From: Albugo candida
Taxonomy: Eukaryota
DNA length: 64,000 bases
Direction of reading: 5' to 3'
Assembly (NCBI GenBank): GCA_040437565.1
Contig: JBDOQK010000010.1
Span: 62,001-126,000, forward strand
Shown one piece after another: positions 15,292 through 27,295 of this stretch. Numbering within the stretch: position 1 is the stretch's first letter; the number at the start of each line of letters is the position of its first letter. The notes under the pieces were generated by a model, which worked only from the letters and a program-made list of their open reading frames with translations, had not been told where the DNA came from and searched no databases. The position numbers and the translations under genes were made by a program.

Positions 15292-15970
15292 TCACGAGTA
15301 TTTCTTATTTATATCAATAATTTGATTCTCATACTNNNNNNNNNNNNNNNNNNNNNNNNNNNNNNNNNNNNNNNNNNNNNNNNNNNNNNNNNNNNNNNNN
15401 NNNNNNNNNNNNNNNNNNNNNNNNNNNNNNNNNNNGTGTCATCGCGAGTGACACCTAAACGGCCGCAATGGTTACATGGAAGCAATAACGCGAGCAATGT
15501 CTCACACTCCTCCTCGTGGACTTCTCTCGGTCTCAGCGGTTTATTCTCCAGCACAACCACTACATCTTCCGGCAAGTTTTAGTCACGAGTATTTCTTATT
15601 TATATCAATAATTTGATTCTCATACTCGCGATTGTGTTCTATCACAGATCTCCGCCTCGTTCCGAATAACTAATCAGCAAATTGCATGTGGCTGAAATGA
15701 GATAAACATGCTCCTCGACAGCTTTTATTGACTGTTACACTCGCAAGCGCCTTTGATATCGCAGCGCTTCTGTCGTGAGTTCAGACAGTTGGCCTGACGA
15801 AATGACCAANNNNNNNNNNNNNNNNNNNNNNNNNNNNNNNNNNNNNNNNNNNNNNNNNNNNNNNNNNNNNNNNNNNNNNNNNNNNNNNNNNNNNNNNNNN
15901 NNNNNNNNNCCAATCCCATCACAGTGTAAAGGTCGACTGTAATTAACGTAATTCATTGCTCGCCTTCCGA

Positions 15971-17333
15971 ATGGCTTCTCCGATTTCTTCATCGCCAGAT
16001 ACTTGTGCAAAAGTGAATGTACTTGTGAAGAATGTGTATGCACCTTCGCAGTCAAAGACGTTTGTAGTTCCGATCACTCTGTCGATACTTGAACTAAAGC
16101 ATGAAATTGAGACCGTGTTCCCGTCTATGCCGGCAGTAAAAGACCAAAAGCTCATTTTTGGTGGTAAAATTTGCTCAAACGATACGATTTTAGACACAAT
16201 ACTGAAACAGGTACGTTTTATGATATGTAAAGAGCGAGAAATCACTTTTGTGTGTAGCTACAAGTTGGAAATCGCGCAAATGAATCGACCGACGAGAGAG
16301 ATGAGCCTGTTGTCGTATTCCATTTGATGTGTCTCAATGATCTGAAGGCTTCTGAGGATACACAAAATACTATCCCCATTGATGAACCAAAGAGTGCCCC
16401 GAACACGAATGTAACGCAAGTCCATCAGCCACAGACACGTACTTCTCCACCGAGCTCAGTGGCACACAACGGAACAGCAAATAATTCTGCTTTGCGGAGC
16501 CCATCAGACGTTAGTGGATTCCAGGCTCAATTTTTTCAGCAGGCGATGCTCATGCAGCAACAGTCGATGTTGCTTATGCAAATTCAATATCTGGAGCAGA
16601 TGAAAGCATATTACCAAGCATTTCCTGCTATGGGGAATGCCTCAGGAGCTGCAGCTATACCGACAGTATCACGAAACACAGCGACTACGCATATATCTCA
16701 GCCAACGCAAACTACCGCTCACATTCCTCGACCACCGGCGGCAGTCGTTCCTCCGCATTTTCAACATGTTTTTGGCCATAGAAATCAATTTCCATTTGCG
16801 CAGCCACCACAAGTACAACGTCAGGAACCCGGTTTTTTTCGTGAGTTGTTGCGAGAAGCATATGCGTCATTAGACTTGCGTTTGGCGCTGAAAATGGGAT
16901 TCATGATTTTTATTGTCGGACAAGACACTCCGTATGAGCGTGTCTTGTTACTCGGCATTTCTGCTTTTGCACTTTACCTGTAAGACGCACGAGCTTTTCG
17001 TAAGCATATCTCAATTCATGCGCTCTCTGTAGGCACATCACGGGAATACTGATCAAATGCTATCGAGTCTACCAGCGTCACTATGGTCGACGCGACACTG
17101 AAAATGCTGCAAACACTAACGGACCTCCAGCTGCAGCAGCCTTAAATGTATCAAATCGGAATGGGATCACTGCATTGACCTCTTACGTGCGGATCTCTCA
17201 GCATCGAGGCTTTTTTCTCGATGTTTGGTCATTTCTGCTTGGGTTTGTGTGCTCTATCGTACCAGCTTGGAACCCAAATCCAAATGACGTGCAGGAAGCA
17301 GTGAGACCACCGGTAGCTCCAATTCCCATTTAA
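15971..17333 (+). CDS. Ubiquitin-like domain membrane protein, HERP/HERPUD-like (ERAD), 3 exons: 15971-16210, 16258-16979, 17033-17333
   Basis: UBL domain (LKHEIE..FPSMP...QKLIFGGKIC...VFHLM), Q/P-rich linker, hydrophobic LRLALKMGFMIF..YL segment and C-terminal GFVCSIVPAWNP. Confidence 0.78.
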
Positions 17334-17517
17334 ACGCTTTACGTTTTAAAAAAAGTTTTATTTCTTCTTCATACTTTATCTCCATTCCTACGACGAGAAT
17401 ACTTGATTGGTTGGCGATAATCCTGCCACTGAATCACTGCGAATGGATCGTGTTCTCATCCATCGGTACACGCTATTGTTGGGAGGTGGAATCAAAATTC
17501 ATCGCATAAACGGCTTC

Positions 17518-19146
17518 ATGAATGCGATGAGAGCAACACGTCACAGCAGGATAACCCGTCGTCTGAGGTACTGCGGCCATAGCACAAACACAGCGCTGAC
17601 GCATCCGAGTAAAGATGAGAAATGGATCAATTTGATGAAGAAAACGAGTATTTTGGAGTCGGGTGTATTGCTTCCATTGAATGAGAAAATATTGGGTCCA
17701 TTAGACCGCAAAAATAAATTTGAAAAGCTTCCTTCTCTTCCATTTGTTTTTTTGTTGGGAAATCATTCTTCCGGGAAATCGACGTTTATAAATTATCTGT
17801 TGCAACGACCGGTTCAAAGCACTGGTGTAGCGCCTACCGATGATGGATTCACTATCATAGCTCCAGGTCAACTAGACATTGATCAGGATGGACCAGCGTT
17901 GATCAACGATCCCGATTTAGGATTTTCGGGACTTCAAAGTTTTGGGCCTGCTCTCATTCAGCGCACGCAACTCAAGGTTCGTAAGGATATCAAGCTCAAC
18001 TTTATGCTGGTGGATTCACCAGGGATGATTGACAGTCCGAAAGCCAACACGCAAAGCTGGCATCCGTACGATGAGAATCAGCAAACGGGCGAACTGATAC
18101 GGCCCGACACCATTCGTAATGTACGTCGACGACCAGCAGCTTCTAACAATTTCCAGTACACATATATGCAGCGAGATGCGTCGAATCGAGGATATGAATT
18201 CGCCGATGTTGTTCGATGGTATGCAGAGCGAGCCGACATTATTCTTCTCTTTTTTGATCCCGATAAGCCTGGAACTACTGGTGAAACTCTGTCGGTTCTC
18301 ACGAGCGCTCTACTTGGAATGGATCACAAGCTACATATTGTGATGAATAAAGTGGATCAATTTACAAAGATACATGACTTTGCTCGAGCTTACGGATCCC
18401 TTTGCTGGAACCTCTCCAAGGTCATTCCATTGAAAGATCTCCCACGGATCTACACAATGTGCATACCTGTTCAAAAACATCAATACGATCAAGCGAGGGT
18501 TGAGAATGGTCTCGGGACCTCTTTGAAGGACCTTGACGCTATGCGGGAACAAGTCGTCCAGGAAGTCATGCGAGCACCGGAGCGTCGTGTTGATAATCTG
18601 ATCACCAATCTGTATGATGCAGCTCGTCTATTGCATATGCACGCAACCATTTTAGAGTCTGTACGGGCTCGCTACACACGAGAGACATGGCAACGACATG
18701 CTCTCGTTGCTTCCACTTTTTTCGGTGGGAATGCATTGGCTGCTACTGCATTTATAGCTGGCGGACCTATCGGCTTGGATCTCAGCATCTCCATACTATC
18801 CTGTCTGGCGTCAATTGGCTTACTCTGGAACAATCACCGATCTTTGCAAAAGCTTGCAGATAACTTTCTCGGGGACCTTTTTCTGAATGAAGAGTTTCGG
18901 AAACAATACGGTCGACAACTTGCTGAAGGTGATGAATACGTGCTGGCATTGTGGAAGCGGATATTGCCCTGTGTCCAGCTGTCAATACGCACATTGGGAT
19001 TGGGACGAGTACCCAAAATAAAGAAAGCAGAAATCGATCAGATCGAGTATGTCCTGAATCATGAAATTCCAGCTCTTCGACGAGAATGCGCGCCAGCTGA
19101 TACAAGTTTGGTCCATCAAATTGCGCAGATGTTTCGCGCACACTGA
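17518..19146 (+). CDS. EHD/sarcalumenin-like dynamin-family NTPase with C-terminal hydrophobic hairpin, no EH domain
   Basis: G1 GNHSSGKST, G2 APTDD, G3 DSPG, G4 NKVD, plus EHD-type RGYEF..VVRWYAERADIILLFFDP and RAYGSLCWNLSKVI. First plausible ATG is 17518. Confidence 0.85.
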   Translation: MNAMRATRHSRITRRLRYCGHSTNTALTHPSKDEKWINLMKKTSILESGVLLPLNEKILGPLDRKNKFEKLPSLPFVFLLGNHSSGKSTFINYLLQRPVQSTGVAPTDDGFTIIAPGQLDIDQDGPALINDPDLGFSGLQSFGPALIQRTQLKVRKDIKLNFMLVDSPGMIDSPKANTQSWHPYDENQQTGELIRPDTIRNVRRRPAASNNFQYTYMQRDASNRGYEFADVVRWYAERADIILLFFDPDKPGTTGETLSVLTSALLGMDHKLHIVMNKVDQFTKIHDFARAYGSLCWNLSKVIPLKDLPRIYTMCIPVQKHQYDQARVENGLGTSLKDLDAMREQVVQEVMRAPERRVDNLITNLYDAARLLHMHATILESVRARYTRETWQRHALVASTFFGGNALAATAFIAGGPIGLDLSISILSCLASIGLLWNNHRSLQKLADNFLGDLFLNEEFRKQYGRQLAEGDEYVLALWKRILPCVQLSIRTLGLGRVPKIKKAEIDQIEYVLNHEIPALRRECAPADTSLVHQIAQMFRAH

Positions 19147-22100
19147 TAGGAGCACTTTTGAAGTCCAAAAATGCTAAGCCGAAAGATGTCGTTTCTTTTG
19201 CAAGAGAATCAAATGTTTTAGCCCGTGTTTTCAATACCTAAATCGTGTTTGTCGATATCGACGTGTGCCTAAACTAGCCACTTGGTAAGACGCAGGCGAG
19301 GGTGAGTTATGGGCCAACTATTACTGGATGGGTAATCAGTTTATTTGAGCTTCTCACTATTTCTTTCATTATGTTGAGTAAATCGAATTTGAACTGACAA
19401 CATCGATACAGGTAGACATTATCAGTGGGATTGGTTGCCGTGTTCCAGCCGGCCTGGAGGAAGGGAAAACGACTGGAGACAGATGCAGACTCCCATTTTG
19501 ATCACTTTTGAGATATCGCACGCTATCATTCTGAGACGAGAAAAGCGGATGGAATGGGATAAATCTTCAAGAATCTTTTCAGACAAGCAAAATGACTATT
19601 TCCGCTTACACGTTTGTGCGCAAATGAATTGTAGATGATTAATATGACAGTGTAGGAACAGATAACTTCAATGGAGATTGAGAGTATTTGGACAACGCTA
19701 GGTGCTTATAAGAAATGATCTTGAAACGAGTAGCGACGCCAATTTATAGAACAAGTTGCTGGACACAAACTTCCGCTTCCTGCCGAGCTATCTGGTCGTT
19801 GAAATAGACTTGCGGGTGTTGAGGTCTATCACGACGTTATTGAAACCGTCCTCCATCGACTTTTGAAGCTCCAAGTTTCGCGTTCTTCGAATCACTGAGT
19901 GCTCTAATGCGTCAAACACATCTTCGATCACCGATGAAATTACATATTCGAATCATTTGCAACGAAACTTTGCCGCGAATTACTGATTGTGTAAATGCGG
20001 TTGACCAGGGAATTTGTCAGTAGATGTGCTTCATGAAGTTGGTGGATGACTAGAATGTCTCTTTCTGACTTGAAGCTACTCAGATAAAGTTCATACTAAC
20101 GGTTTCAGAATGATATGTCTGCACTATTGACGTCAGCGGAAGAAAAGCGGCTATCTCTTGCCGTTCCCCTTCTCTGGATTCGGTTGCTGGGTTTAAGGAT
20201 CACTGGCATTACGACGACACTAATCACTTACACGCTTTCTTAAAGCGAAATAAGTAGCTACCTTGAAAGTACCAGACGTTAAAATCATTGTGATGATAGC
20301 TTGCTTGGTTGCTGTAAGTAAAACGCAGTAGGACGAATTCAGATGAAATACCTGTCGCAACAGTAAGCTCTGGGCCGTATACTATTCTACGGATACATGT
20401 AGCTGGGCAGAAAAGCAAGGTCACTTTGACACATGTTTGCATCCAGCAGAGGCTATTATAGTCATGAGTACCAATATCGGTCGCATTAGGACTATGCCTA
20501 TCCAGAAAGTTTTTCAGACGCGCTCTTACTTGAACTTTCGGAGGAAATCGAGATTATAGAGTCACTGCCAATCTTTCACCAGAACACCTGAGGCAATCAA
20601 TATCCGCTGTCTCGGTCACGTATGGTACCTCTGTTTTTCAAAACGTTTCTGCGGCCTGCCCACCATGATTCTGGAGAGATACACCGCTCACGAGCTTGAA
20701 AACAACATGGTATATCGACTATTGCACAAGGCTCACTTCTCTAAGTATGGTATCATAAACTATTGTTCCTGTGTTTGATAAAAATATTGAGATCGACCCG
20801 TTTATCATGAACCAACAAGGTTGCGCTCAACTTTGTATATTGGCAGCAGAGGGCAGTATTCCTCGTGTATCAATCAACCGTGCGTTGCTTTCAAAACGTA
20901 TTGGAAACTAAAATATCATAATATCGATTAACCCAGGGCACCAGATAAGGTCTTCATTAAGCCAGCTTGCTCGCGAAAGAAATTCAATTTACCACTCAGC
21001 AAATGCTTGGTATCGAGTTGTGATACGTACCTATGAACCAAATGGTTGTTCCCGTCTGTGAAGGGCACAAGGATAAGCATGAGCTTGATAAGTAGTCCAG
21101 ATTAGTCGAAAAGGGATAGGCGTTATTCATTTACCGAAAGTTTACAAAGCCCTGTAGGCGTATACAATCGATACAACATCTGAAGATTATTCAGGCTTTT
21201 TGTGTACTTTGAATTTAGCAGGTAAGTGCAGTGCTCTTGTCCTTCGACATACTACAGCATGCTTCAAGTGATGCGTATGAACTATACTTGAGCTAATCGT
21301 GTGATTCGCTTTGGCCCCTAACTATTCACTGAATCGTGGTGTGACTTGTACACCTCGGCGTATCTCCTTCGTTCAAAAGTACTCAAAAAGGAGCACGATG
21401 ACCAAAGAAGCACTAGATCATGATACGTTTCAAATATCATAATCGTCGAGCTACTAACTAAAAATGTGGCAATGCTGCATCTTTCATATTTTTCGCTTGT
21501 GACTGAATGTAGATCAGGCGTTGCAGCAAAGGATCGTTTGTGGCATACCACTTATACGCAACCACCCTCTTCAGAAGCAATAGATGGATGTGGAATGTCT
21601 CTGTCGTTGTACTACGACAAGCTTCCACACCTCAAACGGCAGCTCCGTATGACAACTCTCCACTTCTCCGTACCCTGACGTAAGTTTGTAAGTTTATGTT
21701 TTCGAGACATAATAAAACATACCCAAGTAATATCTAAAGAGATTGCCAACTGTAAACTTAGAAAAGATACTTTGTCGATACCAAATCCACCAGGATGAAA
21801 GTTGCTAGCTCATACCATCCAAGGGTGACCGCGCGATGAGGTTTGCTAACTATAAATAAGATGCCACGTATATCCTCACGCAGTTTGAAGCATTTATTCT
21901 TACTACGCAATGTACTTCTAATTGATCTACGCGCCAGTACGCTTACACGTGAATTCTCAAATATGTTAAACATGTTGAGCATGTTTCCAACGGATAAGTA
22001 ATCAATATTTTCTGAATTATGTGTACATCATGGATTCTGTCGGTACACGTGTTCAGATATCTTTACATGATCGAAGTGAAGTGAATGCTCTTACGTAGTG

Positions 22101-22847
22101 AAAACTCCTAAAGAGAGCTTAGCGAGCCAAGGATCCAACCAAACTGAAGATACGTACCAATGATTCAAGATAAAGTCTACAATAATCAACACAGTATCAT
22201 TATGCTCTCGAGCAATTCGATGCATGATTTTAACGGTAGTTAGAAAACCACAAAGTTTTTCACGGTCAGAAACATTCCCGGAAGTGCTATAGTATTGCAG
22301 GCGAACACCCCGCGTACCATCAACATCTGACCTATCGTCTAATACGTAGCTAACGCACTATCTGACCATACAATACTATGACGCGCATCATATAGCTTGT
22401 TTTAAAGCTCTTCGGTGGCTATCGATTATTACATTTCCGGGCCACAAGACACATAAATAAGAGTAGGTATGCGCTCGATTCAATTCGATAAAAGCATAGG
22501 CAACACCATGGTGATGAAGCTCAAGATTTTCGTTCTCATCCGATTGCACTATATTGAAATATTCCATTGGCCGTAGTACTTTCTGTGCACAGCTCATAAA
22601 AACAGCATCTGGTGAGCAGCGACCACGGCTCCTATCGGCTAGGCATCTATCACCTGTAAAGGTAGAGAAAGCTAGCTTCCTGCCTATCACTAATGAGTAT
22701 TTCTAGTCAGGTCGCGCTATCAGTGATAATTTAGTTTTCTCTAGACTCTTTAGTGTCCACCTGCACTAACATCAGCTATCTGTCATTCTCGTTTACTCTC
22801 TACCAATCGAGTAAGCGTTTAGGTACCAAGGTTTGAGAAAGCAGACA

Positions 22848-25800
22848 AGATATCATTCTCGTCGCGAAAAGTATCATCGCTTGGGACTTGTATCTAGTCA
22901 GGCTAGATAACAGAAGTGTTTGAGAGGAGAGCACTCAGTGGAGGAAATACAAGTAAGTCTGTATACTTCATGTTCTCATGTATTACAGTATTATCGACAC
23001 CGACAATTGACATTCTTTTTATTAGTCAATACGACATGAAGAGGGAGTATAGTATATCACTACTTAACTGAGCTATTGCAAGGCTTTCTTGTGTACTGTT
23101 GCACAGCAGCCGAATAGGATACTTATCCCAGCTCGAAGGTTTGCATTTTCCTTAAGTACGATTATATCTATCAAGGGCAACAAAGAAGATTTTTTTTCTA
23201 CTCGCAATAACTCCGTGCGGGAACTGTGATATTTGCATCAAGGTGCTTTCATTGTTCCTTCGGAAACTCGATACATCCAACGAACGCACTTGAATTGATC
23301 ATTAAGTAAATACGTTGTGCATGGACGCAAGTGCAAACATATATCTTACAAAGGCCTCAGTTTCTAACAATACTGGCTATTAACGATCTTGCCGAACTTA
23401 ATATGCAAAAAGATGGAACACTTCCATTTTTTTGAAATCTATTATCACCACTCATAGTTGGGAGTACAGTGCACGCATAAAGCATTCCATGGTGCGATAT
23501 TCTCGATCGATGTGGAATGTTCTCTTATGGCTATTTAGTTACTTATTTCCCTATGGCGTCACTATATTGCAACAAGGTGACATGACGCTTTTTTCCGACC
23601 CGAAACAGGACTTTCAAGATTGCATACATTGTCTTCCATATAAACTAGGACCTACTCGCTTGACACCAACTACTTATTCTGGCAGTGTGGCCAACTACAA
23701 AGCTATTGGCTCTCAATATTTCTTCAAGTCTGCGTCAAGCTATTGTCTGAATGAGAATTTATGCACTACCATGAATGTGTATAATATTATCAACATCGAC
23801 GAAGCAGCGACAGACTCGAGCCCTATACAAGAAAAAATAAGTGATCAACCTCACGAAATAGTGTGCTTGGTCAATTCAAGACCCTCCATGAATGTTTTGT
23901 GTGAAACCTGTCTTAAGGAAGCCAGTCGTACGCAGTATTTTGGACACTTGAACATGTTAACAGGTGCGTATTCTGATGATAATGCGATGCTCGTCATGTT
24001 TAGCGAGCGCACACAAGAAGAAATATCAAAGTCATGTGTAAACCATTGCGGAAGTAATGTTATGTTCCTGGAAAGCCCGCTTTGTAGTCAGCTTCTCACC
24101 AATTTGTTGCAAGAAGAGAAGGCTCAAATGCCTGACTCCCGGTGGCTCGGCGTGACAAATCAAGAGATCTACATTACCCAGAAGAGTTCTCCAATTCTCT
24201 CAATTCCAAAAGTTTTGTTACGACATCTTCATTGCTTAACGACAAAACATTTGAGATTGGATGCTTTCGATTGTCAAAAATGCCTTGCAAGATTGTTCAA
24301 AGGGTTGATTGTGGCAGTCACTACAGCCAAGCTAGGTGAAGACACCAATGTACATCACGTTATACACATCTTCGGTACAGTTAAGGAAATTGCCATCATA
24401 AAGAAGCAATGTGCACTATGTGAGCAAGTAGGCATTATGGAGAGGAACCATCCAGCTTGTCGGGTACAATTTCGCGATATTTTTGTCAAACCACAAGTGA
24501 TGAACCAAATTTCAGCAAAGTATATGGAAACCTGGAAAAAGAACACATCTGAGCTTACAAGTCTCACAGTTGAGAGCGAGTGTATTTGGGCATCAAAAGT
24601 ACAGGGAGCTTCGAATTGTGGAAGTTGTCTAAAACAAACTTCTCTAAAAGTAATGGAACTTTCACAACACGCGACTTTGGCTACAGTATCCTCCAATATG
24701 CTGAAAAGCTCTGTTGCTCAATGTATAGATGAGTCAAAGTGCGATCAAGTTGTCTTTATACCCTTGCCTCTTTGCAATTACGAGAACTTACTGGAAAAAG
24801 AGACAGATCAGCATGTTGCTCTTACAAGGAACACATCGAGTGGCAGTGTCTCAAATAATACGCGATCTCGAAAGACACAGTTGAGGAACGTACTTTATAA
24901 GAAGACTGAAACGGAAATCTCATCTATTCAAGATCCTGGAAGTCCTAAAAGATGGAAGGTTGATTCTCTTAGCTTTGACCTCAATATTCCCGCTTCGACG
25001 ATGGATCACGAAAAAGTCGCGGTTGTACATTGGCGCTCCGAAAAACCGGGGAAATGCTTGGAATGCCTTGCGATAAAGGAGTCAGTGATTATGATATCTA
25101 TCAAAAGATCGTATGCATGGGTGATTGATGATGATGCAAATTATTTTAAAACAGGCTGGATGTGTCCACATTGTACATCTTTAAGAAAAAGGTATCCCTT
25201 GGTTCTTGATGTACGCTCAATGCGATCATTATCAGCGCTTGAAATACGCAAGCTCTATTCAGAAAAAAGTGGAGGAATATGAGAGACGAAGCAGGCCGCA
25301 TCAGATATGGTACCAATAAGAGACCCTGATGCAAATGACGTTAGCCCATTTCTCGAGTAGCCTAATTCCAAATGGGCACCCGAATGATGGAAACAATAGA
25401 TGGGGATCATCACGGTTTTTCTATTTGAAGATAGGTATGAGCGAGTCGTTATTGAAGAAATTCGTATGTCTGCCAAAGGCGACTTTGGGGTTGGGCTGAT
25501 AAATTGTATTGTCCTTGCAATTTTTTAATCAAGCTTGCTTCTGACCTAGCTGATAACGTAACCACCTAAGTTGGCTTGTATTACTTCTATTGCCAATATC
25601 AAATGACTGCTCGATGAGTACGATCCTAATCTGCACACTTATTCTCACTATTGCGACGTTCTATTTGCAGCAATGCAATTCAGAGCTGTACTTGCAATAT
25701 CTGAAACCGTATGTGCTGCTACAGACCTTTTCATGGACCTAGGAAATATCCTATTCCCTTTTTAATCGATGTTGACTACGGGGCTGCATCAATTGTACAG

Positions 25801-27295
25801 TGCAATACTTGCCCAAATTTCGTGCGTTTGTGCTTCCTTAACGAACGACCACGATACTTACGTGAGAACGCATGACATAGACCAAACGCCGACAAGAAAG
25901 CACCGCAAGCGTATCAAAAATCAGATATAGAGCTCCCACATTATGAGCTGTCGCATGGACCTTTGCCGAGTCCATGATGACACTTCTGCCAAGTAGAACG
26001 GCGAACTGTCAAGCTCAGTACGATCCTATGAATGTGAGCGTTAAACAAAACGGGAAACGCGAAGCCTGGCAGTTTTCTACAAAAATGCAGGGCATCCGAC
26101 CTTTTTATGATTTGTCCTGTTTTGTGTGAAAAAGAAAGCTATGGTGATCGCAGCGGCTACTGCATGAGATGAATTTTTTTCCAAATCTACATCTTTCGAA
26201 CCTATCATGGAAGATGTGATTTAATAAATAAATTATCAAGCGGAGGCGTACGGTAGCTATGCGCTTAGTGCAGATGAACTCCCAAATATTTTGCTGACTC
26301 AGTTCGAGCTAGTCATGACCTTATCACATCTCTTTGAGCTCTGGCTGTCGCAAGTGAACGAGCAAATTGAACTGCTAGCCGCTCAAACCTCTTACTCACC
26401 GTAATAGTTTCTACTCATCGACCCGACGCTCCACTTATGAATGTAAACCTTCCAGTGCTTCCACTTAGTACTATCGCCTTTGTACACACTAAAAATGAGG
26501 AATAATTCAGCTCGCTTAAAGATTAGATCGCCAAGATGCGTCACCGTTATATAGAAGACCGCTATGATAATGTCTTTGTATTTTGTCAGCAATTTATGTA
26601 GCTGCAAAGAAAATGAATTGATGTTTATTATGTTGATGTGATGTCCGCTATGGAGAGGGCTGAGTCAGCATGGCCCTCTATCACGTGCACGATTAGAATT
26701 CACTCCCGATGACGTAAACGAATCTCAGACGGAGACATAATAGAGCTTTTCAATTCAGAAGGCTTAGATCCCGCAAGAATCATTTTCCCTCTACTCCTTT
26801 ATTTAAATGTTTCATGCTGAGCATCGTGATCATACTGACAAGGATACAATTCGATGTCCTTGATTTGAAATGCTTTAAGTGTCTGAGATGGAATATCTGG
26901 ACGTGTGAATTGCTTACTCTTCTCGCTTGCTCGGCGGTAAAAACGCTCACGTACATTTTGTGCTTTGGCCGACTGGGAATGAATCCGAATAGGAGAGTCT
27001 GGCGAGCGGTACTGTCGTTTCGGAAAAGTAGACTATTGGACGCACATTCCGACTTGAAATGGTGTTTGCAGTATTTCCCGGTGAGTCGTGATAATGAAAA
27101 TACGGCATTCCTGGAGAGTCGTATGAAGCTCTATGATTTGGTACATCTTCTGACCAAACATCAGGCTCAGTAATGTAATGATTAAAGTCCAAAGAGAAAT
27201 TGAACTCTTTCACCTTTGACTTATGACATAATCTGTCGACCTTTCTATGCTTAGCCTTATCAAACAATTGCCTTGATCAGTACACACCAGCAGGT
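22848..27295 (+). repeat. Segmental duplication copy 1 (upstream block + CCG-A + downstream block); copy 2 is 46349-61405, interrupted by Copia
   Basis: Matched flanks: gcgaaaagtatcatc...tctagtca (22864 / 46364), acagaccttttcatggacctaggaaa (~25720 / ~49447), atctctttgagctctggctgtcgcaa (~26328 / ~60834) and ttgatcagtac (~27272 / ~61385). Confidence 0.85.
23489..25282 (+). CDS. Secreted CCG-class (CxxCxxxxxG) effector, ~597 aa, intronless (CCG-A)
   Basis: Hydrophobic N-terminus MWNVLLWLFSYLFPYGVT followed by CIHCLPYKLG at aa 45, matching the Albugo CCG motif. Cys-rich, in a gene-sparse region, paralogous to 47003-49109. Confidence 0.88.
   Translation: MVRYSRSMWNVLLWLFSYLFPYGVTILQQGDMTLFSDPKQDFQDCIHCLPYKLGPTRLTPTTYSGSVANYKAIGSQYFFKSASSYCLNENLCTTMNVYNIINIDEAATDSSPIQEKISDQPHEIVCLVNSRPSMNVLCETCLKEASRTQYFGHLNMLTGAYSDDNAMLVMFSERTQEEISKSCVNHCGSNVMFLESPLCSQLLTNLLQEEKAQMPDSRWLGVTNQEIYITQKSSPILSIPKVLLRHLHCLTTKHLRLDAFDCQKCLARLFKGLIVAVTTAKLGEDTNVHHVIHIFGTVKEIAIIKKQCALCEQVGIMERNHPACRVQFRDIFVKPQVMNQISAKYMETWKKNTSELTSLTVESECIWASKVQGASNCGSCLKQTSLKVMELSQHATLATVSSNMLKSSVAQCIDESKCDQVVFIPLPLCNYENLLEKETDQHVALTRNTSSGSVSNNTRSRKTQLRNVLYKKTETEISSIQDPGSPKRWKVDSLSFDLNIPASTMDHEKVAVVHWRSEKPGKCLECLAIKESVIMISIKRSYAWVIDDDANYFKTGWMCPHCTSLRKRYPLVLDVRSMRSLSALEIRKLYSEKSGGI

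Noticed and set aside
20400-21230. Faint resemblance to non-LTR reverse transcriptase motifs (QGC..LCILAAE, KGIGV)
   Set aside because: Too degenerate to support by eye; needs tBLASTn/RepeatMasker.
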